From positions 32,001 to 96,000 of the forward strand of contig JAHPZE010000004.1 in assembly GCA_019058365.1 (NCBI GenBank): 64,000 nucleotides of DNA, read 5' to 3'. The notes beneath the pieces are model-generated. The model was not told the DNA's origin. It saw nothing but the letters and a program-made list of their open reading frames with translations, and did not search any database. Positions 1 through 9,274 of this stretch are shown here, piece after piece. The translations under genes were made by a program, and so were the position numbers. This DNA comes from Promethearchaeota archaeon (GTDB taxonomy: Archaea; Asgardarchaeota; Lokiarchaeia; Sigyniarchaeales; SOKP01). Numbering within the stretch: position 1 is the stretch's first letter; every line of letters starts with the position of its first letter.

Positions 1-16
1 GAATGCATTCAAATTT

Positions 17-751
17 ATGAAAAAAAAATCTTTTCTACATAATTTAGACCCACGTGCAAAATTATTATTCTCAATTGTATATACAATAAGTGCTCTATTA
101 TTCACACAAATTTTGCCTTTATTCTTCATTTTTTTGAGTTTAATTCCCTTAATCCTTTTAGGAAAAATATTTAGACAATGGGTTAAAAGCATACGTGGTC
201 TGTCATTCTTGGTCCTCTTCATAATTATTCTAAATACGTTGTTCATTTCATTATCATTTGCGCTAGCAATGATATTGAGAATTTATATTATGGTATCTGC
301 TTTTTCAATCTTTTTCTTAACTGTTGATCCTAATGATTTAGCACTGTCTTTGATTTCAATGAAATTACCATATGAATTTGCTTTCTCATTCTCATTAGCT
401 TTTAGATTTGTCCCTACTATCGCAAATGAAGCTCAAAACATATTAGATGCTCAACAGAGTAGAGGATATGAAATGCAAAAAAAAGGTCTTATTAATCAAA
501 TAAAAAATCTTTTTCCACTCTTAGTTCCTTTAATAATTAGTTCAATCAAAAGAGCCTTTAATGTTGCGGAAGCTCTTGAATCAAGAGCTTTTGGTAGTAG
601 AAAAGACCGTACGTATTATTACACTATAAAATATTCTTTTAAAGATTTTGTATTTACTCTTTATTTATTAGTGTTTTTAGCATTTGTAATTTTTATTAGA
701 GTTCAATTTAATTCGATGCCTGATTTTCTAATGTGGAGTTTACCGGTTTGA
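17..751 (+). CDS. ecfT: Energy-coupling factor transporter transmembrane component T (EcfT/CbiQ); frame is open to the window edge, so the start may lie upstream
   Basis: SFLHNLDPRAKL N-terminus, hydrophobic helices, LAFRFVPTI..EA..I.DAQ.SRG and AEALESRAF motifs. Confidence 0.92.
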   Translation: MKKKSFLHNLDPRAKLLFSIVYTISALLFTQILPLFFIFLSLIPLILLGKIFRQWVKSIRGLSFLVLFIIILNTLFISLSFALAMILRIYIMVSAFSIFFLTVDPNDLALSLISMKLPYEFAFSFSLAFRFVPTIANEAQNILDAQQSRGYEMQKKGLINQIKNLFPLLVPLIISSIKRAFNVAEALESRAFGSRKDRTYYYTIKYSFKDFVFTLYLLVFLAFVIFIRVQFNSMPDFLMWSLPV

Positions 752-1434
752 TCAAAAAAGAATTTAATATTGAAGATTTAAATTTACACTTTTTTGTTGG
801 GATCAATCAAATTAAAATAAATTTAGACAAGATTTTAGATTTTAATAAAATTAATGATGAAAAAAATGCTTTAAATCAATTTTTTAAAAGAGTTGCAGAC
901 CTCCAAAATAAAAATGAAAATTCTATGCTACAATTTGTTAAGAATGAATATATCTTAAACTGTAATCATATTTTTATGGCATGCTACAATTTGCAAAAAG
1001 CATTTCAACAAAATATTAACATTTCGAGCAAAAAAAAGATCGAGTTGTTATTATATTTAGCAACTAATAAGCAAATTAACAAGAGTATTGAAGCTTTTGG
1101 AATTGATTATTCTGATTTAAATAAAGAGAATTGCACTTATTGTATCATCTCTCCGATTGATAATTTAAATAGAATTAATGATGAATTATTGCAAATGCTC
1201 GGGGCAGAAGAGACATTATTAACTCTAAATAATCAAACGCTAAAAAAATTCAATAAAATTAAAGAATTTTTTAAAATATCTGAAGACCAAATCAAAATAA
1301 TATTAAATTCTTATGGGATAGAAATCAACAAAACAGAAATTAATTTAACTTCTAAGTATTCTGCTTTAAATGACTTAATTTGTGAAAAAATGGCTTTATT
1401 GGGTTTGGAACAAGTTAAATTCAAGAGAGACTAG
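748..1434 (+). CDS. cgi121: KEOPS complex subunit Cgi121-like; TTG start at 748 overlaps the ecfT stop (ORF track starts at 733)
   Basis: HI..A......AF....NIS....IELLLYLATNKQI.KSIEAFGI motif and C-terminal LICEKMALL; lies near the TsaC gene. Confidence 0.75.
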   Translation: MIKKEFNIEDLNLHFFVGINQIKINLDKILDFNKINDEKNALNQFFKRVADLQNKNENSMLQFVKNEYILNCNHIFMACYNLQKAFQQNINISSKKKIELLLYLATNKQINKSIEAFGIDYSDLNKENCTYCIISPIDNLNRINDELLQMLGAEETLLTLNNQTLKKFNKIKEFFKISEDQIKIILNSYGIEINKTEINLTSKYSALNDLICEKMALLGLEQVKFKRD

Positions 1435-1972
1435 TTTTTTCATTTTTTACCTTAATTATCTCACTTTCTTTCAAAAAAGATATTCCAGTAATATTTCCTA
1501 AAATTTCAACCCTAATTATTTTATCTGGATTTTCAAGATCGACTTTGTAATCAATAGCACTAGCTATAGCTTCAATAAAATGCTCCCTTTCAATTTTTGC
1601 ATGATGTCTTCGTTTTAATATTATTTTAAAAGATTCTCCTTCATTAAGAAAATCTTTATGATGTTCTTGTATAAGGTATTTTATTGTTTTTGTATCTGTT
1701 TCGCACGTAAAATCAATTGGTACAATTTTTAGAATAAATTGGAAATAATTAAGATTTTTTTTCTGAAATTTTTTTATTTTAGAAAGAACTTGTTTTGAAT
1801 TCAAATTGGTTAAAGCGGTAATTAATCCAGGAAACTGAATTCCTGAGATGATTGGGTAAGTATCACCACACATTAATAAAATGAACCATAATTCCGATTT
1901 CGCATTTGTTTCGTTGTATCGAGAAGTTGAGACTAATAGATTAAAATTTTTCATCCATATCACTCCTTTCAT
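1421..1972 (-). CDS. THUMP domain RNA-binding protein (Tan1-like)
   Basis: FNLLVST, ILKIVPID, ESFKIILKRR and KVDLENPDKIIRVEILG motifs. Confidence 0.85.
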   Translation of the reverse strand: MKGVIWMKNFNLLVSTSRYNETNAKSELWFILLMCGDTYPIISGIQFPGLITALTNLNSKQVLSKIKKFQKKNLNYFQFILKIVPIDFTCETDTKTIKYLIQEHHKDFLNEGESFKIILKRRHHAKIEREHFIEAIASAIDYKVDLENPDKIIRVEILGNITGISFLKESEIIKVKNEKTSLS

Positions 1973-2628
1973 TCTGATAAATAATCTGCTATCTCTTCCT
2001 CAGAAATCTCCCCAATACGCAAAAATTTTATCTTTTGAGAGGTACAATCAATGATAGTAGTAGGGAGTTTCGATTTTGACTTACCTCCATCAACAATATA
2101 GTCTATAGGACTTAATATTTTTTTTGTTACTTCTTCTCCACTAATTGAGGGCGGTTCTCCAGAATAATTAGCAGAAGTCCCTATAATTCCACCGAAATGT
2201 CCTTCTTCCTTTAGTAAATTTAAAATGCTTAAAATTATTTCATTTTTAGGGACTCGTAAACCTATTGTATTTTGAAAGGCTGTAACTTCTGGAGGAATAA
2301 TACAAGGCTCTTTTTTTTTTAATATCATTGTTAATTGACCTGGCCAATATTTGATTGCGAGTTTTCTTGCGATATTATTAAATTCAGCAATTCTAGTAGC
2401 TTCTTCATAATCTGAAACCAATAATAATAATCCTTTTGATCTATCTCGAAATTTAATGTCATAAATTTTATTTATAACTTCTAAATTTTGAGGGTCTCCT
2501 CCAATTCCATAAACACTGTCGGTAGGAAAACTAATTATTTTTCCTTGAACTATAAAATCAACTGCAGTTTTTAAGTAGACTTCAATATCTTTTAATTTTT
2601 TTCCTGCTAATTTAACTAAAAATCCCAT
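1969..2628 (-). CDS. tsaC: Threonylcarbamoyl-AMP synthase, short TsaC/YrdC form without the SUA5 C-terminal domain
   Basis: FPTDSVYG, KxR, WPGQLT, GLRVP, TSANYSG, PTTIID and RIG motifs; 219 aa. Confidence 0.92.
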   Translation of the reverse strand: MGFLVKLAGKKLKDIEVYLKTAVDFIVQGKIISFPTDSVYGIGGDPQNLEVINKIYDIKFRDRSKGLLLLVSDYEEATRIAEFNNIARKLAIKYWPGQLTMILKKKEPCIIPPEVTAFQNTIGLRVPKNEIILSILNLLKEEGHFGGIIGTSANYSGEPPSISGEEVTKKILSPIDYIVDGGKSKSKLPTTIIDCTSQKIKFLRIGEISEEEIADYLSE

Positions 2629-2660
2629 AAATGTTAGTTATTTTTTTTTCCTTATACTAA
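2596..2660 (-). repeat. Intact copy of the tsaC 5' end plus upstream motif, duplicated at 8236-8301
   Basis: 2596-2628 vs 8236-8268 match at 28/33 nt; CTTATACTAA lies 22 nt (2651-2660) vs 23 nt (8292-8301) from the start codon. Confidence 0.8.
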
Positions 2661-2689
2661 TATAAATTTTTCTTTCAATATTATTTCAT

Positions 2690-4141
2690 TTAGAAATCAA
2701 ATGAATTAGAAAAAGAATCCAATTTTTTATACTTACTTGAAATTTTAATTATATTTGATCGTTTTTTTGTACTTTTGTATCTTTTTATTGGAAGTATAAT
2801 GCCTTCCTGTGAAGCTAATTCCCTCCACCGTACTTTCCAACTAGTGGGAATTGTATTTTGCTTTAAAGATTTTATATTTTTTTGTAAAATTCTGGTAAAG
2901 AAATCAAATAATTGTATGAAATGCTGCTTAGAGCTTGTAATGAAATTATGATAATCTTTGAATAAAAATACTAAATTATCTGGTCTTATATCAACTTTTT
3001 TAAAATTAATGTGATGCAATCCTATTTCACCATTTAAATAATCCTGCAACGTAAAAACTTCACCAGTTAAGATATCAACAAAATTCCATTGGTAATATTT
3101 TTTTAAATAATTAAAAAAACTTTGAAAACTTGAAAATGTTTTCGGTGGATCAATTATTATTAGATTATTCTGGCCCATTATCATGACAGTTTGAAACAAT
3201 GCATTAGAGATCCTAAATTTTTGCGATTTAAATTTAGGAGGATAACCATGCGAAGTAAGTTCGACCCCTAATTGCTGATATGTAGGTTCAAATTCCTCAA
3301 TTAATTGAGTCATTGATTTTCCTATTCTTTCAATGAACCACTCATATCTTATTTTATTTAAATTAATATAAGAATCTATATCAATACCAATTTGATCTGT
3401 TTCTTTTCTAAGATTCTTTATAGTAGGGTAATAATTTCCATTTTTAATTTCAAGATATTTAGAATCCAAAAAATCCTTTAAACACCGCCCATCACTCATT
3501 ATACCAACGTCATATAGGTATTCTGTTAAATTATTTGCTATCCTATTAGCACACAACCATCGGGAAATGTAATCTGTTAAATAATTAAGATTGACAAATT
3601 CATCAGTAATAATATTGATATTCTCAGCTGTAGGGATAAAAACATGATTTTTTATGTCCATTATTCGAGGATCAAGAATTTTCTTTAATTGGTTGTAGTA
3701 TAATCCCAGTTTCGCCTGATCTTTTAGTTCACTAAGAGAGGTACCATTTTGCTTTAACCAATCATAGGTTATTTTGCTTATTTCTTCATTAGTTAATCCT
3801 TCAATTTCAGCAAAATCTGGTCTTTCTTGAAGCAAATTATCAATAGTCGGAAGAAATTCAAGTTTCTCAATTTTTTTTCTCATTTTATTCAAGAATTCGA
3901 TCATTTTCGCATTTTTAATTGAACCCGCTTCTAATTTTAATTTAATTAAACTCTCAAATCTTATCTCCTCTTTTTCATATCTAGATTTAAACCAAAATAT
4001 AATATAATGTGGATCGAATTTTTCCACACCAGAATCTTGAAGAACTCTGTTGTAAGTGGGTATATATTTTAAGTTATTAATTTCATTTATTTTAGAATCT
4101 AAAAAACGGTAAATCCTTTCTAATATTGATATATTATTCAT
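2690..4141 (-). CDS. HNH endonuclease with four N-terminal 'PT...W' repeats (putative DNA-binding)
   Basis: C-terminal LHHINFKKVDIRPDNLVFLFKDYH fits an HNH motif; repeats begin YIPTYN, FLPTID, FIPTAE, YYPTIK. Confidence 0.6.
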   Translation of the reverse strand: MNNISILERIYRFLDSKINEINNLKYIPTYNRVLQDSGVEKFDPHYIIFWFKSRYEKEEIRFESLIKLKLEAGSIKNAKMIEFLNKMRKKIEKLEFLPTIDNLLQERPDFAEIEGLTNEEISKITYDWLKQNGTSLSELKDQAKLGLYYNQLKKILDPRIMDIKNHVFIPTAENINIITDEFVNLNYLTDYISRWLCANRIANNLTEYLYDVGIMSDGRCLKDFLDSKYLEIKNGNYYPTIKNLRKETDQIGIDIDSYINLNKIRYEWFIERIGKSMTQLIEEFEPTYQQLGVELTSHGYPPKFKSQKFRISNALFQTVMIMGQNNLIIIDPPKTFSSFQSFFNYLKKYYQWNFVDILTGEVFTLQDYLNGEIGLHHINFKKVDIRPDNLVFLFKDYHNFITSSKQHFIQLFDFFTRILQKNIKSLKQNTIPTSWKVRWRELASQEGIILPIKRYKSTKKRSNIIKISSKYKKLDSFSNSFDF

Positions 4142-4426
4142 TTTTCATCCAATTTCTTCTAACTTTTTCTAATAACATTAAATTACTCTTGATTATTCTA
4201 TTTAAATTCATAATTAATCCCAAAAATATCCGGAGTTAAGTAATTTAGGATACTATCAAGGGCTTAATAATATATAATAAATTTTTATTTAAAAATCTTA
4301 TTATATTCTTAGTCTCTTTATATTATCTTTATATAATTTTCAGCTGATATTTTTACTAAATAAATTTATATGCGTTTTTTACTATTTTTTTATTAAAAAC
4401 TAACTAAAAATGAAAAAGAATTAATT

Positions 4427-4753
4427 ATGGAAGATAAATATACACTGAAAATCCCAATGGAAATAAAAGATCTAATCCAGAAATATATTGAAAGAAATCC
4501 TTCACTTGGATTTAAGAAAGTTTCAAAATATATATTACATTTATTACAAATTGAAGCTAAAAGAATATTAGATAATAATCCCGAATTAGATGATATCGTT
4601 AAAGTAGATAAAAATACTTATGTAAAAAGGTCTGCTTTATCAAAATATAAAAAAGGAGAATTAAAAGATAATTGGCAATCGTTTAAAATAAATTTTGAAA
4701 CCGGAGAGATCACTAAAATTGAAGATGAGATTAATAATAATAAAAAGAAGTAA
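4427..4753 (+). CDS. Ribbon-helix-helix (CopG-like) DNA-binding protein
   Basis: YTLKIP beta-strand followed by two helices (IKDLIQKYIE, LGFKKVSKYILHLL). Confidence 0.55.
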   Translation: MEDKYTLKIPMEIKDLIQKYIERNPSLGFKKVSKYILHLLQIEAKRILDNNPELDDIVKVDKNTYVKRSALSKYKKGELKDNWQSFKINFETGEITKIEDEINNNKKK

Positions 4754-4849
4754 AAATCTATATTCCATTCATTAATAGTAATTTCTTTTCAGATTTCAGG
4801 AGTTAATATAATAAATTCTAGTCCAAATTCTTGACTAACTTTTAAAAAA

Positions 4850-6625
4850 TTAAAATTCATTTTTGAAAAACATTTTTTCTTGTATATCACCTAGTCTACA
4901 AATAACATAGTCATCCGGTAAAAAATTATAGCCTAGTTCATCCTTCATTTTTTCTTCTATTAGTAAATCATTCGATTTGAGGGTTGTAATGTATTGAAAA
5001 TTTCTTACCTTAGATTCTTGAAAAATGTAATTTAAAACATTTACTTTAGTTAGAGTATCCATTTCTGTAAAAATACCATCATGTATAATAAATTTTGGAA
5101 CATATCTATTCTCAATTATGTTTCTTATAAAAATAGTAAAATCATAAACAAATAATTTATATCTTGTTTTTCCAAGCGAATCTTCTCTTGGAACTTGAAC
5201 TTCAATCTTTAAAGGGATCTCATTAGATCTAGTTGCTTCAAAAAATTCAATGTTTAAAAATGCTTCTGTTATTTTTTCTTGTAAATTAATTGTCTTTTTT
5301 ACAATATTTAAAAAGGTGGAGGAAATCTTCTCTCTTTCTTGTTTTAAATCACTTATCTCCTTCTTTAAAATTTTTTCTGATTTAGACTTATTTACTTTTT
5401 CTTCGGTTATTTTCAATTCAACACTATCAATTTTTTTAAAATAAGTGTTAATTTCCTCATATTTTTCTTTTTCTTTTATTAGTTTTTCGTATATGTTCTT
5501 AATACTATCTAATGCATCTTTTTCATCTAATTTTTGATATAATTTGCTCCTTCTTGAATCTAAATCAATCAATTTTTCTTGGATTTCTTTTCGTTGCTTA
5601 TTTAAATTATCTATCTCTGAATTCAAAAAGTTTTTTCGGTTTAATGATAATTTCTCTCGAAATTCAAGGACTTGTTGAAGTTTATCTTTAATTATAGGAG
5701 TTATCTTTTTATTAACCTCATTATATATTCTAATAACTTGATCTTTATCAAATTCTGGTAGTTTCAATTCAAAACTTTTTTTAAGATTTTTTAATCTTAT
5801 TTCTATTTCATGTTTTTTTTTTAAAAGAGAAGATACATCATTTGATAAATTTAATATTTCTTCTTCTAAATCTTCATATAACTTATTTATTCGAAAGAAA
5901 TCTATCTGTTCTTCATATTGTTTTATTCTTTCTTCGAGGAGTATCTTTTCAGATTTTATTTCATTATAATTATTACCGTTTTGTTCCATTGATTCAATTA
6001 AATTGGTCTTTTGATCTTCAAAAACTGAAATAGTTTCATTTATTTTAACCGCATTTGAAAAATTATAATTAGGGAGATTCATTAAAATCAGATTTATATT
6101 CAAATAATCTCCCTTCTTTTTTGATGTGTGAATAAAATTTACAGGATTTGTAATTGATGAAATTTTACTATCGTCTTTAATAAAAAATATTATTAGATCT
6201 CTAAAATATTTAGAATAAATATCTCCTTCATAATCTAAATGACCAAAAATATTGTCAAATAAAATTGTTTTTGCTTCCTTTATACTATATTCTATTAATT
6301 TTGAAAAATTCATACCAAGTTTAACTTTACTTAACTTGTTGAACTCTTTTTTTATGAAGAAACTTTCTCCTTTTATTTCAAGTTCTAATGTTGCCGTATG
6401 ATTTCTAAGAAATGTGAATTTTTTTTGCTGAAAAAGATTCCGAGAAGCACTAGAAAGAAACATTAAGTCTATTAAATTGACTATTAGTGTTTTTCCAATA
6501 CCATTTAATTCTCCTCTTCTTCCCTTTTCAGTTTCATATTCCCCAATAATTATATTTAATCCATCTTTAAATCTAATCTCATCAAATGCTTTTGTCTCAG
6601 AAAAGAGCCTTTTTAGAAATGTCAT
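4850..6625 (-). CDS. lmuB: SMC-like ABC ATPase of an ABC-three-component/Lamassu system (DUF2326, LmuB-like)
   Basis: IRFKDGLNIIIG, Walker A NGIGKT, long central coiled coil, Walker B FIIHDG, FQYITT, C-terminal FFKNEF. Confidence 0.82.
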   Translation of the reverse strand: MTFLKRLFSETKAFDEIRFKDGLNIIIGEYETEKGRRGELNGIGKTLIVNLIDLMFLSSASRNLFQQKKFTFLRNHTATLELEIKGESFFIKKEFNKLSKVKLGMNFSKLIEYSIKEAKTILFDNIFGHLDYEGDIYSKYFRDLIIFFIKDDSKISSITNPVNFIHTSKKKGDYLNINLILMNLPNYNFSNAVKINETISVFEDQKTNLIESMEQNGNNYNEIKSEKILLEERIKQYEEQIDFFRINKLYEDLEEEILNLSNDVSSLLKKKHEIEIRLKNLKKSFELKLPEFDKDQVIRIYNEVNKKITPIIKDKLQQVLEFREKLSLNRKNFLNSEIDNLNKQRKEIQEKLIDLDSRRSKLYQKLDEKDALDSIKNIYEKLIKEKEKYEEINTYFKKIDSVELKITEEKVNKSKSEKILKKEISDLKQEREKISSTFLNIVKKTINLQEKITEAFLNIEFFEATRSNEIPLKIEVQVPREDSLGKTRYKLFVYDFTIFIRNIIENRYVPKFIIHDGIFTEMDTLTKVNVLNYIFQESKVRNFQYITTLKSNDLLIEEKMKDELGYNFLPDDYVICRLGDIQEKMFFKNEF

Positions 6626-6637
6626 ATTTATTTTTTT

Positions 6638-6913
6638 TTATTTTAGAAATTTATCCATTTTAGATTGGGAAGATCCTCTCATTACTATTCTATAATCTTT
6701 AAAATATATAACATCTATGAAATATAGAAATGTTATTGCATCAAGTAATAGATTGATTGTTCTCCTTGAATCTTCTTCAATAAATGTTTTAAGTATATCA
6801 TCTAAAATAACGTATTTTTTTTTTTTTAAACGTTCTTTAATTAATTGAATTACTTCCGCACTTATTATTAGTAAGTTAAGTGACAGATCTGATTCAGGTT
6901 CTGGGATAATCAT
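6638..6913 (-). CDS. lmuC: ABC-three-component middle component (LmuC-like); start at 6913 overlaps the upstream stop (ATGA)
   Basis: ~91 aa, MIIP....L...L..I.AE.I and LLDAITFLYFID pattern; sits between effector and ATPase genes. Confidence 0.7.
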   Translation of the reverse strand: MIIPEPESDLSLNLLIISAEVIQLIKERLKKKKYVILDDILKTFIEEDSRRTINLLLDAITFLYFIDVIYFKDYRIVMRGSSQSKMDKFLK

Positions 6914-7800
6914 TTTGTTGGATCTCTTCCAATTATACAAATTTCAAACATATAATGTATTATTATCTTTAACCAATACATATAGTAATCATCATTTAAA
7001 TGACTTTGACCAAGCAAATTTAGTATATTTCTGATTAAAGTATCGAAATTTGGATTCTTGATATATTTTTCGTATGTACTTTGAAATTTGGATTTTAGAA
7101 CTCTTTGGTCATTACTATTTAGTTTTTCGAAATAATCTTTAAAAATATAGATACTATTGAAATACTCTTGTTTAAAATACTTAGTTTTTGCTTCCCAATA
7201 AGTTTCCTCAAAATTTTCTTTTATCTTATCCATTAATTTAGGAGGTATTTGATTAAAATCATCATTTGAAATATTTATTTTAAATGAAATAATATCACTA
7301 ATAATTATATCAAGAACGTTATAATCAACAAATTTACTATCTATATCTAAGTATTTCGTTAATTTTATAATTTGTGAATAATCAAAAGTCTCAAATATCA
7401 AATCTTTAATTTTTTTGATATCATATATTTCTCTAGGATGCGCCAGATTAGTTAAGAATTGAAATGCTTCACCTGTTATTTTTCTATTACAAACTGGTAC
7501 CCATTGTATTTCATGAGATCCCCATTTTTTTTTAAATGTATTATAATCATCTGTAAATTTTGTTTTAAAAAGAGATAAGTTATATTTAGTACTTTCAGGA
7601 GCATATACAGCATAAATTTTCTCTACTGAACCATCATTTCTTTTTAAAATACAATCAGCTCCTAAATCGGAACTATCAGCTAATGTTTGTATTAAATTTC
7701 CATATTTTTGTTTAAGAACAAACTGGAATAAATGTTGAAAATCAGTCCCAAATTTTCCAATAATTTTTGCATCAATAACAGCTTTTAGAGTATTATTCAT
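6910..7800 (-). CDS. lmuA: Lamassu/ABC-3C effector: restriction-endonuclease-fold N-terminus plus C-terminal ABC-3C domain (LmuA-like)
   Basis: G.DFQ.LF, DLGAD, YAVYAPE, KF.DD pattern; C-terminal IIIHYMFEICIIG; first gene of the operon. Confidence 0.7.
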   Translation of the reverse strand: MNNTLKAVIDAKIIGKFGTDFQHLFQFVLKQKYGNLIQTLADSSDLGADCILKRNDGSVEKIYAVYAPESTKYNLSLFKTKFTDDYNTFKKKWGSHEIQWVPVCNRKITGEAFQFLTNLAHPREIYDIKKIKDLIFETFDYSQIIKLTKYLDIDSKFVDYNVLDIIISDIISFKINISNDDFNQIPPKLMDKIKENFEETYWEAKTKYFKQEYFNSIYIFKDYFEKLNSNDQRVLKSKFQSTYEKYIKNPNFDTLIRNILNLLGQSHLNDDYYMYWLKIIIHYMFEICIIGRDPTK

Positions 7801-8235
7801 CTTTTCTTATTTTATGTTTAATCACTAGTAATTTTCTATTATGGAGAAGAGCTTTATTTATCTTTACGAGTCTTTAGAGTAATAAATCTAACGCTTTCAA
7901 TTTTTATATATTTTTGACTTTTATGAATACTAATGATAAATTTATATCTACAACTTTATATAAAATTTGTTTACTAATGAGAAATTAAATAATCAAATTT
8001 TATGGATTTCAGGAATTTATAGTAAATTATAATTATTCAATCATTCTTGAATGAATTGAATAATGTTTTTTCAATATTCAAATAATTTATCCAAAAATAA
8101 CTTTTCTAAGATAAATTTAAATACATGCAAAATTTGCCTTCAAACCAACTTTAAAAATTCAGAAAGCATATAGACCAATAATTCTATCTATAACATTATA
8201 ACCATTTTTTCTTACAGAAATTTAAATTTTAAGAT

Positions 8236-8301
8236 TTTTTTCCCAGCTAGTTTTATTAAAAATCCCATGTGAGTCCTTTAAAAATTTAAAACTTATACTA
8301 A
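8236..8301 (-). pseudogene. Displaced 5' fragment of tsaC (MGFLIKLAGKK) with upstream motif
   Basis: ATG at 8268 reads MGFLIKLAGKK vs intact MGFLVKLAGKK; three of four changed codons are synonymous; similarity stops after codon 11. Confidence 0.8.
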
Positions 8302-8328
8302 CAAAGTAGATAATAAAAAATATAAAGA

Positions 8329-9270
8329 TTATTTTGGATATTGTTCTTGACAACTTAAATCAGCTTCTAACCGTTTCCAAGTATGATCTAAATATTCTTG
8401 GAGTTCTATTAAATCTTTTTCTGAAATATTTGCAAATCTTTTTTGCTTAGAAAGATAATCTATTAGTGGAGTTCTCTTAGAAGGATCCAGTAATGGCCTA
8501 CTTGCTTTTGATAATGTCATGATTCCATTTTCTACTTCATATAAAATCCATGAACCAGTTTTTACAGCTAGTCGAGCAATTTCTATAGTCTCTTCAGAAT
8601 TAAATCCCCATCCAGTACAACAAGGAGCCATAATATGGATATATCTACAGCCTTTAATCGATTTAGCTTTTTGAAATTTATCATATAAATCAAGTGGTTC
8701 GCTTATAGAACAAGTAGCTACATAAGGCATATCATGAGCTGCCATAATTGCGGGAAGATTCTTTTTGAACCTATCCTTTCCTTTGGTGGTTGTACTTGTC
8801 CATGCACCATGTGGTGTACTTGAAGATCTTTGAATGCCTGTGTTCATATATGCTTCATTGTCGTAACATACATAAATTTGATCTGAATTTCTTTCTGCTG
8901 CTCCACTCAGACCTTGAATTCCTATATCTGCAGTACCACCATCTCCCGCAAATGTAATTGTCGTTATTTCATCCCAAATTTTACCGGGGAATCTATAAGC
9001 TTTCGCTTTAAAGGCAGCAGACATACCTGTTGCTGCTGCTGCTCCCGCTGCAAAAGCCATATTAGTAAATGGAAAATTTGGTGCAGTTTTAGGCCACAAT
9101 CCTACAACTACATTTAAGCAGGAAGCAGGAGTTACAAGAGCCGTATTGGGTCCTAATGCCTTAATTGCCCATCTAAGTGCGATTTCTAGACCACATCCCG
9201 CACAACAAGAATTGCCTGGAAGGAAATATTCTTCTTGGCAAGATTGTAAAGCTTCTTTTAGTTTAACCAT
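8329..9270 (-). CDS. porB: Pyruvate/2-oxoacid:ferredoxin oxidoreductase beta subunit; probable ATG at 9270
   Basis: CAGCG, GDGG, YDNEAYMNTGIQRS TPP-binding motifs; GGAGG upstream of 9270. Confidence 0.92.
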   Translation of the reverse strand: MVKLKEALQSCQEEYFLPGNSCCAGCGLEIALRWAIKALGPNTALVTPASCLNVVVGLWPKTAPNFPFTNMAFAAGAAAATGMSAAFKAKAYRFPGKIWDEITTITFAGDGGTADIGIQGLSGAAERNSDQIYVCYDNEAYMNTGIQRSSSTPHGAWTSTTTKGKDRFKKNLPAIMAAHDMPYVATCSISEPLDLYDKFQKAKSIKGCRYIHIMAPCCTGWGFNSEETIEIARLAVKTGSWILYEVENGIMTLSKASRPLLDPSKRTPLIDYLSKQKRFANISEKDLIELQEYLDHTWKRLEADLSCQEQYPK

Positions 9271-9274
9271 TCCT

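Larger units (their letters stand above)
2661..8235. mobile_element. Island A: integrase-less defence island at the tsaC 5' end
   Basis: Accessory cargo (HNH, RHH, Lamassu-like operon) bounded by two diverged copies of the tsaC start and upstream motif. Confidence 0.7.

Noticed and set aside
2690-4141. 483-aa ORF as the island integrase
   Set aside because: No tyrosine-recombinase R...HxxR...Y, serine-recombinase or DDE motifs; it has an HNH motif.
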